From: an uncultured delta proteobacterium
GTDB taxonomy: Bacteria; Myxococcota_A; Polyangia; Polyangiales; Polyangiaceae
Length of the DNA stretch: 64,000 bases
Direction: 5' to 3'
Assembly: GCA_963716725.1 (NCBI GenBank)
Contig: CAVQUB010000007.1
Coordinates: forward strand, 160,001-224,000
The translations under genes were made by a program, and so were the position numbers. Of this stretch, positions 55,821 to 64,000 are shown one piece after another; the stretch's first letter is position 1; every line of letters starts with the position of its first letter. The notes under the pieces are model-generated. The model searched no databases and was not told where the DNA came from. It worked only from the letters and a program-made list of their open reading frames with translations.

Positions 55821-56860
55821 GCACGCGGGTCAGTGACTCGATCGCGCTCATCGAGCGGGATCTGCGCGCACTGTGGCAGCCCGATGACTCGGGCCGCACC
55901 AAGCCCCACGCGACTACCTTGAACCTGGTGGCGCTGCACGGCCAGAACGGCTGTTCGTTCCTCGAAACCCTCGAGGACGTCGCAGCGCGACTCGGGGCCC
56001 GCACCTTCGTGGTCAGCGTGGACGGGCGCCTCGAGCCTTGGGCGCTCGAAGGCGACGTCAGCGCCGTGTGTCGGCTCGAACCGGGCACGCTGCGCGAAGC
56101 CGTCTGCGCCGAACGAGTGACGCTGCGCTTTGGCAGCATGGTCGGCAAACGCGCGGGATCGATCTTGGACTCTCTGGTGGAGTCGTCGCTCCCGACCGCG
56201 GTGTTCGCGGGCCCCGGCGCGCCGGCGGCGATCCTCGATGCGCTGGCGCAAACGGCGGACGCTCTCGTCATCGACAGCGCGGAGGTGGGCGTGACTCGCG
56301 CCGCGGAGATCGCCGAGAGCTACGGCGCTCAATCGCACGACTTGGCCTTCATCCGCACGCGCCGCTGGCGCGAAATGCTCGCGCGCATCTTCGACGAACC
56401 GGCGCTGCGGCCCGCGCTCGCGCGCGTTCGGTCGCTCAGCGTCGTGCACGCCGAGCGCTCCGACCACCGCGGCGCCAGCGCCGAGGCGGAGTTGCTCGTC
56501 GGCTGGCTGGCCGCACGGCTCGGCTGGAGGCCCGCGTTCACGGACGCGGCCGGCAAGTCGGTCCAGGTCGATGTGTCCAGCGCCGCCCGCCCGGACGTCA
56601 TCCCAGGCTGCATGCTCTCCGTCGAGCTGATCGCCGATCTGCCCGCCGGCGCGCTGCGGGCGCGCGTCGATCGCGACACCGACGGCGAGCACCTGAGCTG
56701 GACCGTCGAATCGCCGGCGGCACCCGCCCAGGTGCGCCGCTTCGCCACCCCGCGCCGCGACGACGCCGAGCTGGTGGAGCGGGCAATTCGCAGCTTTCAG
56801 GCGGATCAGTTGCTGCGAGAGACCTTGGCGTTCTGCCGGAGTTGGAAGACCCATGCCTGA
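55817..56860 (+). CDS. opcA: OpcA-like G6PDH assembly/allosteric protein
   Basis: Lies between zwf (GTGA overlap) and pgl. Motifs TLNLV, CAERV, LVIDS, DLAFIRTRRWREMLARIFD, LLVGWLAARLGW. Confidence 0.85.
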   Translation: MSTRVSDSIALIERDLRALWQPDDSGRTKPHATTLNLVALHGQNGCSFLETLEDVAARLGARTFVVSVDGRLEPWALEGDVSAVCRLEPGTLREAVCAERVTLRFGSMVGKRAGSILDSLVESSLPTAVFAGPGAPAAILDALAQTADALVIDSAEVGVTRAAEIAESYGAQSHDLAFIRTRRWREMLARIFDEPALRPALARVRSLSVVHAERSDHRGASAEAELLVGWLAARLGWRPAFTDAAGKSVQVDVSSAARPDVIPGCMLSVELIADLPAGALRARVDRDTDGEHLSWTVESPAAPAQVRRFATPRRDDAELVERAIRSFQADQLLRETLAFCRSWKTHA

Positions 56861-57536
56861 AATCCTCGTCGTTGCGGACGCGGCCGAGCTCGCGAGCCGC
56901 GCCGCCAGCGCGATGCGCGAGATCATCGATCGGGCCATTGCGGCTCGCGGCGTCGCATTGGTTGCGCTGTCCGGCGGCTCGACGCCTGGAGCGGCCTACC
57001 GGCTCTTGGCCGCCAGCGGGCTCGATGCCGAGCGCTGCCGGTGGTACTTCGTCGACGAACGGTGCGTACCGCCCGAGAGCGAACGCAGCAACTACCGCGC
57101 GGCCAAGCGCGACCTCTTCGACACTCTGTCCAGCGCGCACGTGACCCGCATGCGAGGAGAGGCGGGCGCCATCGAGGGCGCGCGCGAGTACTGTCGAGTG
57201 ATCGAAGAGCAGGTGCCGCGCTTCGATCTGATCGTGGCCGGCATCGGCAGCGACGGCCACACGGCCTCGCTCTTTCCGGGCACAGGCGCCGTGCGAGAAC
57301 ACGCCGTCGTCGTCGCCGTCGAGCCGGGCGGCGATCTCGAGCCGCGTATCAGTTTTGGACGAGCGACGTTGCTCGGAGCGCGTCGCGTCTTGGTCCTCGT
57401 CAGCGGCGAATCCAAGCGCGAGGCGCTAGCCCGGGCCCTGAAGGCCGGAGATGAAGACGAGGTGCCGGCGAGGCTGTACTTGGCGGCCGAGACCGGAGTC
57501 GTCACCTTCGTCGTGGACCGCGCGGCGGGCGGCTAG
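56853..57536 (+). CDS. pgl: 6-phosphogluconolactonase
   Basis: ALSGGSTP, VDERCVP, SNY, GIGSDGHTASLFPG, RIS, VSGESK. Confidence 0.93.
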   Translation: MPEILVVADAAELASRAASAMREIIDRAIAARGVALVALSGGSTPGAAYRLLAASGLDAERCRWYFVDERCVPPESERSNYRAAKRDLFDTLSSAHVTRMRGEAGAIEGAREYCRVIEEQVPRFDLIVAGIGSDGHTASLFPGTGAVREHAVVVAVEPGGDLEPRISFGRATLLGARRVLVLVSGESKREALARALKAGDEDEVPARLYLAAETGVVTFVVDRAAGG

Positions 57537-57601
57537 TGCCGCGCGGCAGAAGTTTCGCTGGTCCCCCCTCCGTGTGCGTGTCGTCGGTGTAGTGGGGTGA
57601 C

Positions 57602-58754
57602 ATGATCGACTACAGCGCGTTCGCGGGTCGAGCGCACGGTGGTCGTCCGACGGTTCCGCTCGCGCTGAGGGCTGAAGAGCGCGCGCGGATCGAGGAGGCG
57701 TTGCGACCCGCCAGGGCGGAGCAGCGGCTGGTTCGTCGGGCGCAGGCCGTGTTGATGATGGCGGACGGAGTGCCTGCGACGGACATCGCCGGGCTCCTCG
57801 GGGTGCACGTGCGCACGGTGGACGACTGGCGCAAGCGCTTCGACTGCGCGGCACCTAGCGAGAGACTGGCGGACGTCCCGCGCTCGGGACGGCCGCCTCT
57901 CTCTCTCGGACACCGTAGCGGCTCGAGTAGAAGCAGAAGCGTGTCGACCGCCGAGCGACGTCGGCGTGCCCGTCACGCACTGGTCAGCGTCGTTGCTTGG
58001 CGTGCACGTTCGCGCGCAAGGAATTCAGATCAGCGACCGGTCGGTGGGCCGCATACTCAAGGATGCTGACCTGCAACCGCATCGGCAACAAATGTACCTG
58101 ACTTCGCACGACGACGAGTTCAGGGGGAAGCGCGACGACGTGCTGCGCGTCTACTACGAGACGCCAAAGAAGGAGCACATCGTGTGCGTCGACGAGAAGA
58201 CCGGCATCCAGGCGCTCGAACGCCGCTACGCTGACATTCCGATGGTGGCCGGACAGCCCGTCCGCCGCGAATTCGAGTACGTCCGCCATGGCACGCTCTG
58301 CTGGATGGGAGCGCTCGATGTCCGCCGCGGCAAGCCGTTCGGCTTCATCTCGGACGGGCACGACAGCGACACCTTCGTCGAGCTACTCGACGTCATCGAG
58401 GCGGTCTACCCGCCGGGTCGTGGCCACATCATCATGGACAATCTCTCCGCCCACGACACGCCCGACGTGAACGAGTGGTTTGACGAGCACCCACGCTGGA
58501 CGCGCCACTTCACGCCGAAGCACGCGTCGTGGCTCAACCAGATCGAGTGCTGGTTCTCGATCCTCACGCGCCAACTTCTCGCACGAGGCTCGTTCACGTC
58601 AACCGACGACCTCGCGGCGAGGATCGACGCGTACGTCGCGTGGTATCTGCAGACCGACCGACCCTTTCGCTGGTCGTACCGCCCCAAGTCGTGGGCCGAA
58701 CCCAGAAAAACCCCCTCACTTTCGGCGAAGAAAGCCGCAACTGTTTCGGAGTGA
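57602..58754 (+). CDS. IS630-family transposase, split into two frames at a (CT)5C tract (57897-57907)
   Basis: ORF A holds the HTH (DIAGLLGVHVRTVDDWRKRF...PRSGRP). The +1 frame continues SDTVAARVEAEACRPP...THWS, with DDE motifs VCVDEKTG, IIMDNLSAH and ASWLNQIECWF. Confidence 0.92.
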
Positions 58755-58771
58755 GGCCCGACCACACGGGG

Positions 58772-59269
58772 ATGGCACAGGAAGGGCGAAAGCTTGGAAG
58801 ATTTGGGGATGGGACGGACGAGGTGATCGGTGCGCTGATCGAGGTGCATCGGCATCTCGGTCCAGGGCTGATGGAATCCGCATATGAGGCCTGTCTATCT
58901 GCCGAGCTGTCGGAAAACGACGGCTCAAGTTCGAGCGGCAGCGACCGCTACCAATCCGCTACAAAGGCGTACACCTTGACTGCGCCTATCGCCTCGACCT
59001 GGTCGCTTCCAGATCGTATCCTCCTGGAGCTCGAGGCGGTCGAGCGGCTGCTCCCGATTTACGAAGCGCAGGTCATCACCTATCTGCGTCTTTCGCGGTT
59101 GCCCGTCGGCCTGCTCGTCAACTTCAACGTGACCGCGCTCAGAAATGGCCTGCGGAGGCTAACGCCTGACCACCCCAAATCCTTCCGCTCTTCCGCCCTT
59201 CCTGTGAGAGCCCAAATGAGCGCAGGTCTCAGGGGCGAATCCACTCGAACTTCGGCCGCGCGGCACTAG
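58772..59269 (+). pseudogene. GxxExxY family (PD-(D/E)XK-like) gene with an internal out-of-frame segment
   Basis: VIGALIEVHRHLGPGLMESAYEACL is in frame. FERQRPLPIRYKGVHLDCAYRLDLV lies in another frame (about 58918-59005). The original frame then resumes with ILLELEAVERLLPIYEAQVITYLRLSRLPVGLLVNFN. Confidence 0.85.
58776..59206. repeat. Imperfect inverted repeat pair bracketing the GxxExxY gene (58776-58808 and 59173-59206)
   Basis: CACAGGAAGGGCGAAAGCTTGGAAG-ATTTGGGG aligns with the reverse complement CACAGGAAGGGCGGAAGAGCGGAAGGATTTGGGG at 29/34 by manual alignment. Confidence 0.88.
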
Positions 59270-59270
59270 C

Positions 59271-60542
59271 TCATTCGATGACGGGGCCAGCGCAGCCGTA
59301 CACCACGTCGATGTCCTTGACCGTGCCGCTCTTCAGTTGAGTGCACGAGCTGCCGTTGAAGGACAGCTTCTTGGTCACCGGATCGTAGCTCCAGCCGTTC
59401 GCGCCGTCTTTGGCCACACCGGTCGGATCGTCGTTGAAGTAGACGAAGATCTTGCTGGTATCGGGCGGTGTGCTGTCGAGCACGTAGTCGCAGGTCGCGA
59501 CGGCGTCCGCGATCTTGTCGAAGGCCGCGTCGAGCTGAGTCTGGTTCGAGGCCGGCACCGACTGCGTGGTGCCGCCGGCTGCCGCGATGGCGTCGATGGC
59601 CGCCGGGTTCACCCCGAGTCCGATCACGTAAGTCTTCACCGAAGGCGCCTGCGCCAGGAGCTTTCCCGATCCGCAGGGCCCATTGCAGGAGCCCACGCAC
59701 TCGCCGCTCTCGCTGCCGTCGGTCAGAAGGATGACGACGTTGTTGCGGGTTGGATCTTGCAGGGTGCTCTCGCCGACGAGGGCGGCCAGGCTCTTGCCGG
59801 TGCTCGTCTCGGGATCACCGCTGTCGCACAGGTACTTGATCTTGCCGCCGGAGGTGCCCTGACCGTTCGAGCTGCCCTGATCGATGGTGGTGGACAGAAA
59901 GCCGTTGATGGCGCCCGCGTTCTTGTCAGCGATGGGCACGACGATGCTGCCGGCGGAGCAGCCACCGCTCTTGCACGCCGAGTAAGTGGCCAGCCCGAAG
60001 CGCAGCTCGGCGTCGAACTTGGTGGTGACCACCGAGATGGCCTTCTTGGCGACGTTCCAGCGCGTATCGCCGCCGGCGTTTCCATCCATGCTACCGCTCC
60101 GGTCGAGCAGGATCATCACGTTGGGCGCGACCTGAGTCAGCTTGAACTCGCTCTTGCCACAGCCCGCGCCGAGCTCGCACAGCTTGCTCGCGGCATTGCA
60201 GACGTGGTTCTGAGCGCAATCGCCATCTTGGTTGCAGCTGCCCGGCGGGAGGCATTTCTTGGAACCTTTGCCGCACACCTCCGGCGCGGTGCAGTCGCCG
60301 TCGGCGCCGCAAGATCCGGTGGCAACACAGACCTTGGCCACGCTGCAGAACTGACCGGACTTGCAGTCCGACTTGCCGGCGCACGAGGCCGGCGGCGTGC
60401 CGCCCGAACCGCTGCTGCCCCCGCCGCTTCCGCCGTTGGTGACGCCGCCGTTGCCGCCGCCTGCAACTCCCTGAGGGTCCTCGCTCGAGCAGGCCAAAAC
60501 CGCCAGCGGGACCAGAGCCAACGCCGCAAGCACCGCACGCAT
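59271..60542 (-). CDS. VWA-domain Cys-rich lipoprotein (CglB-like adhesin architecture)
   Basis: GAGGAGG RBS, lipobox VLAC, Cys-rich repeats, [24 protein letters not shown]. Confidence 0.85.
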   Translation of the reverse strand: MRAVLAALALVPLAVLACSSEDPQGVAGGGNGGVTNGGSGGGSSGSGGTPPASCAGKSDCKSGQFCSVAKVCVATGSCGADGDCTAPEVCGKGSKKCLPPGSCNQDGDCAQNHVCNAASKLCELGAGCGKSEFKLTQVAPNVMILLDRSGSMDGNAGGDTRWNVAKKAISVVTTKFDAELRFGLATYSACKSGGCSAGSIVVPIADKNAGAINGFLSTTIDQGSSNGQGTSGGKIKYLCDSGDPETSTGKSLAALVGESTLQDPTRNNVVILLTDGSESGECVGSCNGPCGSGKLLAQAPSVKTYVIGLGVNPAAIDAIAAAGGTTQSVPASNQTQLDAAFDKIADAVATCDYVLDSTPPDTSKIFVYFNDDPTGVAKDGANGWSYDPVTKKLSFNGSSCTQLKSGTVKDIDVVYGCAGPVIE

Positions 60543-60646
60543 GGGGACCTCCTCGTCAGAGGATAGCGCGATTCGAGCGGGACCGCTCCGCTTCGCGCCG
60601 CGGGTGCCTCGACAACGCTCACGATGGACGGTAATTGAGCCGCACC

Positions 60647-61966
60647 ATGCGCATTGCGGTCGTTGGTTCGGGATACGTGGGGCTGGTAGCTGGGGCGTGT
60701 TTTGCGGATGTCGGAACCGACGTGGTCTGCGTCGATGTGGACGAGGCCAAGCTCGAGAAGCTCCGGCGTGGCGAGGTGCCCTTCTTCGAGCCGCGGCTCG
60801 ACGATCTGGTGAAGCGCAACCACCCCGATCGCCTCCGCTTCAGCTCCAACCTGGCCGACAGCATCGCCGGGCGCAAGCTGGTCTTCGTGGCGGTGGGCAC
60901 GCCGCCCAACGAGGACGGTTCGGCCAATCTGCAGCATGTGCTCAAGGTGGCCGAAGACGTGGCCAAGACCGCCACCAACGATCTGGCCTTGGTGATGAAG
61001 AGCACGGTGCCGGTGGGCACCAACAAGAAGGTGCGCGAGGTGGTGGCGCGCCACGCCAAACACCGCATCGACGTCGTCAGCAATCCCGAGTTCTTGAAGG
61101 AAGGAGATGCCGTCAACGATTTCTTGAAGCCCGACCGGATCGTGGTCGGGGTGGACAGCGACGATGCCTTCGAACTGCTGTCGCGCCTCTACGCGCCCTT
61201 CAACCGCCAGACCAGCCGCATCCACCGCATGAGCCCCGAGAGCGCCGAGATCGTGAAGTACGCGTCCAACGCCATGCTCGCGACCAAGATCTCTTTCATG
61301 AACGAGATCGCACGCCTCTGTGACGTGGTGGGCGCTGACGCCGAGCACGTGCGACTCGCCGTCGGAAGCGACGAGCGCATCGGCCTTCAGTTCTTGTACC
61401 CGGGCCTGGGCTTCGGTGGCAGCTGCTTCCCCAAAGATCTGCGCGCGCTGGTGCACACCGGCGCACAGTTCGGCACGCCCATGGGCGTGGCCGAGGCCGC
61501 GACTCGCGCCAACGAGGTGCCCGTGCGCTCGGTGCTCGAGCACATGGAACGCGATCTCGAGGGGCTCGCAGGCAAGACCATTGCCGTGTGGGGCCTCGCC
61601 TTCAAGCCGCGCACTGACGACGTGCGCGAGGCGCCGGCGCTCAAGCTGATCGAGCACCTGGTCAACAAGGGCGCGCGGGTCCGGGCCACCGACCCTCAGG
61701 CGCGCGAAACAGCGCTGGTGCGGCTGAAGGAGGTCGGAATCACCGAGAAGGTCGAGATCCTCGCTGACACCTACGAGACCTGCCGTGGCGCCGACGCGCT
61801 GGTGGTCGCCACCGAGTGGAATCAATTTCGCTCGCCGGACTTCGATCGCATCCGCGAGCTGATGCGGGGACGACACGTGTTCGACGGACGCAACTGCCTC
61901 GTGCCCGCCAGCGTCGGAGACGCGGGCCTGTGCTACCGCGGCATGGGCCGGCCGCCGGTGGGCTGA
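60647..61966 (+). CDS. ugd: UDP-glucose 6-dehydrogenase
   Basis: [62 protein letters not shown]. Confidence 0.95.
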   Translation: MRIAVVGSGYVGLVAGACFADVGTDVVCVDVDEAKLEKLRRGEVPFFEPRLDDLVKRNHPDRLRFSSNLADSIAGRKLVFVAVGTPPNEDGSANLQHVLKVAEDVAKTATNDLALVMKSTVPVGTNKKVREVVARHAKHRIDVVSNPEFLKEGDAVNDFLKPDRIVVGVDSDDAFELLSRLYAPFNRQTSRIHRMSPESAEIVKYASNAMLATKISFMNEIARLCDVVGADAEHVRLAVGSDERIGLQFLYPGLGFGGSCFPKDLRALVHTGAQFGTPMGVAEAATRANEVPVRSVLEHMERDLEGLAGKTIAVWGLAFKPRTDDVREAPALKLIEHLVNKGARVRATDPQARETALVRLKEVGITEKVEILADTYETCRGADALVVATEWNQFRSPDFDRIRELMRGRHVFDGRNCLVPASVGDAGLCYRGMGRPPVG

Positions 61967-61974
61967 GCTTGGGC

Positions 61975-61992
61975 CTTCCCGACTTCCTGTGA
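61975..61992 (-). repeat. Solo intergenic copy of the GxxExxY-flanking motif (TCACAGGAAG-NNN-GGAAG)
   Basis: CTTCCCGACTTCCTGTGA matches CTTCCGCCCTTCCTGTGA (59190-59207) at 15/18, with all mismatches in the variable trinucleotide. Confidence 0.6.
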
Positions 61993-62007
61993 ATCCGCTG
62001 GAGTAGA

Positions 62008-62784
62008 TCAGCGTCGCGCGCGGAGCTTCGCGCCCGAAGTGCCGGCCCCGAGGGTCTTGCGTGGCGGCGTCTTGCGCTGAACCTTGCGGTCGGCGGCGTC
62101 CCGCACGATCGCGATCTTCTGCCAGATCTTGTGCGAGAGCCCGGTCGTCAGCTCTTCGACCTCGTCGACGGCTGCGAGCACGACGGCGTCGGACATGCGA
62201 GCCGAATAGAGCGCCGCGACTTTGCCGATCAGCGCCAACAACTCCGTCGAATAGTCGAGGTAGCGGTTGAGCTCGAAGTCCGTCATCGCGCGTTCCGGCG
62301 ACGACTCGGTGCGCGGTCCCGAGGCCAGCAGCACATCGGGATCTTTGGTCAGCTGATGCATGTCGACGATGTGCGCCAGGGCCCTGAGCTCGTGCAGCGC
62401 GGCCAGGGCGCGGCTGCGCTTCAGCCGGCTCTCGAGCGTGACCAAGAAGAGCATGCCGCCACCGATGAAGAACAGCGACTCGAGTGAGGCGTCCAGCGTC
62501 TGGACCAGCTCCGTGCCCGCGCGGATCTGCCAGCTGAGGTGCAACGCCGGCGCCACCACGAAGAGCACCGCGACCAGACCCACCACCAGGGCCCAGACGC
62601 CGCCGCGGAGCGCGAGGTTGGGGCGCTCGAGGGCGACGACGCGGTCGGCGGCGCCGCGCGCGACCCGGGCGACCTCCCGGGCAACCTCCGTCAGGCTCGC
62701 CTTCGGGAAGCGCTCCTCGATGCGCCGCACCAGGAGGTCGACCGTGGTGACGATCTGAGCAGCGTCGAGGTTTCGGAAGGGCAT
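62008..62784 (-). CDS. Conserved-looking hypothetical membrane protein
   Basis: Two TM helices, plus the ordered segments [30 protein letters not shown] and LSHKIWQKI. Confidence 0.7.
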   Translation of the reverse strand: MPFRNLDAAQIVTTVDLLVRRIEERFPKASLTEVAREVARVARGAADRVVALERPNLALRGGVWALVVGLVAVLFVVAPALHLSWQIRAGTELVQTLDASLESLFFIGGGMLFLVTLESRLKRSRALAALHELRALAHIVDMHQLTKDPDVLLASGPRTESSPERAMTDFELNRYLDYSTELLALIGKVAALYSARMSDAVVLAAVDEVEELTTGLSHKIWQKIAIVRDAADRKVQRKTPPRKTLGAGTSGAKLRARR

Positions 62785-62886
62785 GGCGACCGCCCCGAGC
62801 GTCCCCCGAGCCGGCGACGCGTGGCAAGTGCCCGGCGAAGCACAGCCTGTCAGCGCTGCGCAGACCGGCGCCGCGCGTGGGCCCCG

Positions 62887-64000
62887 TCAGCTCTCGCGTC
62901 CGAGGACCAACATGCCCAGCGGCGGCAAGGTGACCGTCGCAGACTGAGAATCTCCCGTGAGCCGGCACCGCTTCGGTGTCGACGCTGTTCAGTGTTTCGA
63001 CTTGGCTCCCGCCAAAGGCGGCGTCGTCGGACGAGAGCAGCTCGACCCAGCGGCCGGCCTCGGGCATGCCCACGCGGTACTGTTCGCGGGGCGTCGGGGT
63101 CAGGTTCATGATCACGACGACCTGCTCGTCGCCGCTGCGACGGAGGAACGACAGCACGCTGTTGTCGTGGTCACCGCAGTCGATCCACTCGAAGCTGTGG
63201 GGGCTGGGATCGTTTTCCCAGAACGCAGGCGTTGCGAGGTAGAGGCGACCCAGCGCCTCCATGAAGGTCTGCAGCTTGCGCCGCTCGGGGTCCTCGAGCA
63301 GGTGCCAGTCCACGCTGCCTTCGTGGTCCCACTCGCGCTCCTGCCCGATCTCGGTGCCCATGAACACCAGCTGCTTGCCGGGCCGCGTGTACTGGTAGGC
63401 CAGCAGCAAGCGGAGGTTCGCGAGCTTCTGCCAGTGGTCGCCCGGCATCTTCGAATAGAGCGAGCCTTTGCCGTGCACGACCTCGTCGTGGCTGATGCTG
63501 TTGATGAAGTGCTCGTGGAACTCGTAGATCATCGAGAAGGTCAGCTGGTCTTGGTGGTAGCTGCGGTGGACCGGATCCTTCTCGAAATACTTGAGAGTGT
63601 CGTGCATCCACCCCATGTTCCACTTGAAGGTGAAGCCGAGGCCTCCTTCGCGCGCGTCGCGAGTGACGCCGGCCCAGGAGGTGCTTTCTTCGGCGACGGT
63701 GAAGGCGCCGGGCACTTCTTCTTTGATGATGTGGTTGGTCGCCTTGATGAACTCGATGGCGTCCACGTTCTCCCGCCCGCCGTGTTGGTTCGGCAGCCAC
63801 TGATCGTGCGGCCGGCTGTAGTCCAGGTAGAGCATCGACGCGACGGCATCGACGCGTAGGCCGTCGATGTGAAGCTCGTTCAGCCAGTAGAGCGCGCTTG
63901 CCAGCAGGAAGTTCTTCACCTCGGCTCGGCCAAAGTTGAAGATCAGCGTGCCCCAGTCCGGGTGCTCGCCGCGCCGCGGATCCTCGTGTTCGTAGAGCGC
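62887..64000 (-). CDS. glgB: 1,4-alpha-glucan branching enzyme (5' end outside the window; frameshift near 62947)
   Basis: [46 protein letters not shown]. The expected tail [19 protein letters not shown] follows one extra base and stops at 62887. Confidence 0.95.

Larger units (their letters stand above)
57536..59266 (+). mobile_element. IS630-family element, 1731 bp, carrying a GxxExxY passenger gene
   Basis: The left end GTGCCGCGCGGCAGAAGTT (57536-57554) and the reverse complement of the right end GTGCCGCGCGGCCGAAGTT (59248-59266) match at 18/19. Both ends are flanked by TA (57534-57535, 59267-59268) in a CTAG context. Confidence 0.92.

Noticed and set aside
54267..57536. zwf-opcA-pgl as a novel arrangement
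   Set aside because: This is a well-known operon layout in Actinobacteria and other phyla.
58690..59225. Target-site duplication for the GxxExxY cassette inside the IS
   Set aside because: I found no convincing direct repeat at the plausible junctions (CCCAGA versus CCCAAA is too weak), so the cassette boundaries remain undefined.
60137..63919. 1260-aa minus-strand ORF as a giant GlgB fusion
   Set aside because: Only the first ~325 aa are GlgB. The rest is frameshift read-through across the membrane gene and antisense to ugd.

Overview
This is a high-GC, gene-dense chromosomal segment that looks myxobacterial (Polyangiaceae/Sorangium-like). The evidence is a MYXO-CTERM protein, many Cys-rich and Gly-linker lipoproteins, a CglB-like VWA lipoprotein and an AglS/V-like ExbD. 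About 50 CDS are supportable, mostly housekeeping or envelope genes (pntA, queD, ttcA, leuA-like, gdhA, hppA, zwf-opcA-pgl, ugd, glgB, TamB, L,D-transpeptidase). I saw no rRNA, tRNA or CRISPR array. The most unusual structure is a 1.73 kb IS630-family element (57536-59266, 18/19 bp terminal inverted repeats, TA duplication) inserted in the pgl stop codon. Its transposase is split at a (CT)5 tract. It also encloses a GxxExxY (PD-(D/E)XK-like) gene bracketed by its own ~33 bp inverted repeats with an 8-nt GGAAG period. A solo copy of that motif lies 2.8 kb away between convergent genes, which suggests a REP-like GxxExxY mobile cassette nested in an IS. Other points of interest are recurrent TAnnnT boxes 5-10 nt before start codons (apparent leaderless genes), a sigma54-type promoter with an upstream palindrome before a gtrA/GT21 glycolipid pair, a YyaL/aldo-keto reductase fusion, and a lipase/alkyl-DHAP-synthase-like pair. 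Several single-base frameshifts in otherwise intact genes (HD protein, hppA twice, glgB) suggest residual indel errors in the assembly, so all frameshift-based claims need read-level checks. All family assignments come from motif recognition by eye, not from database searches.
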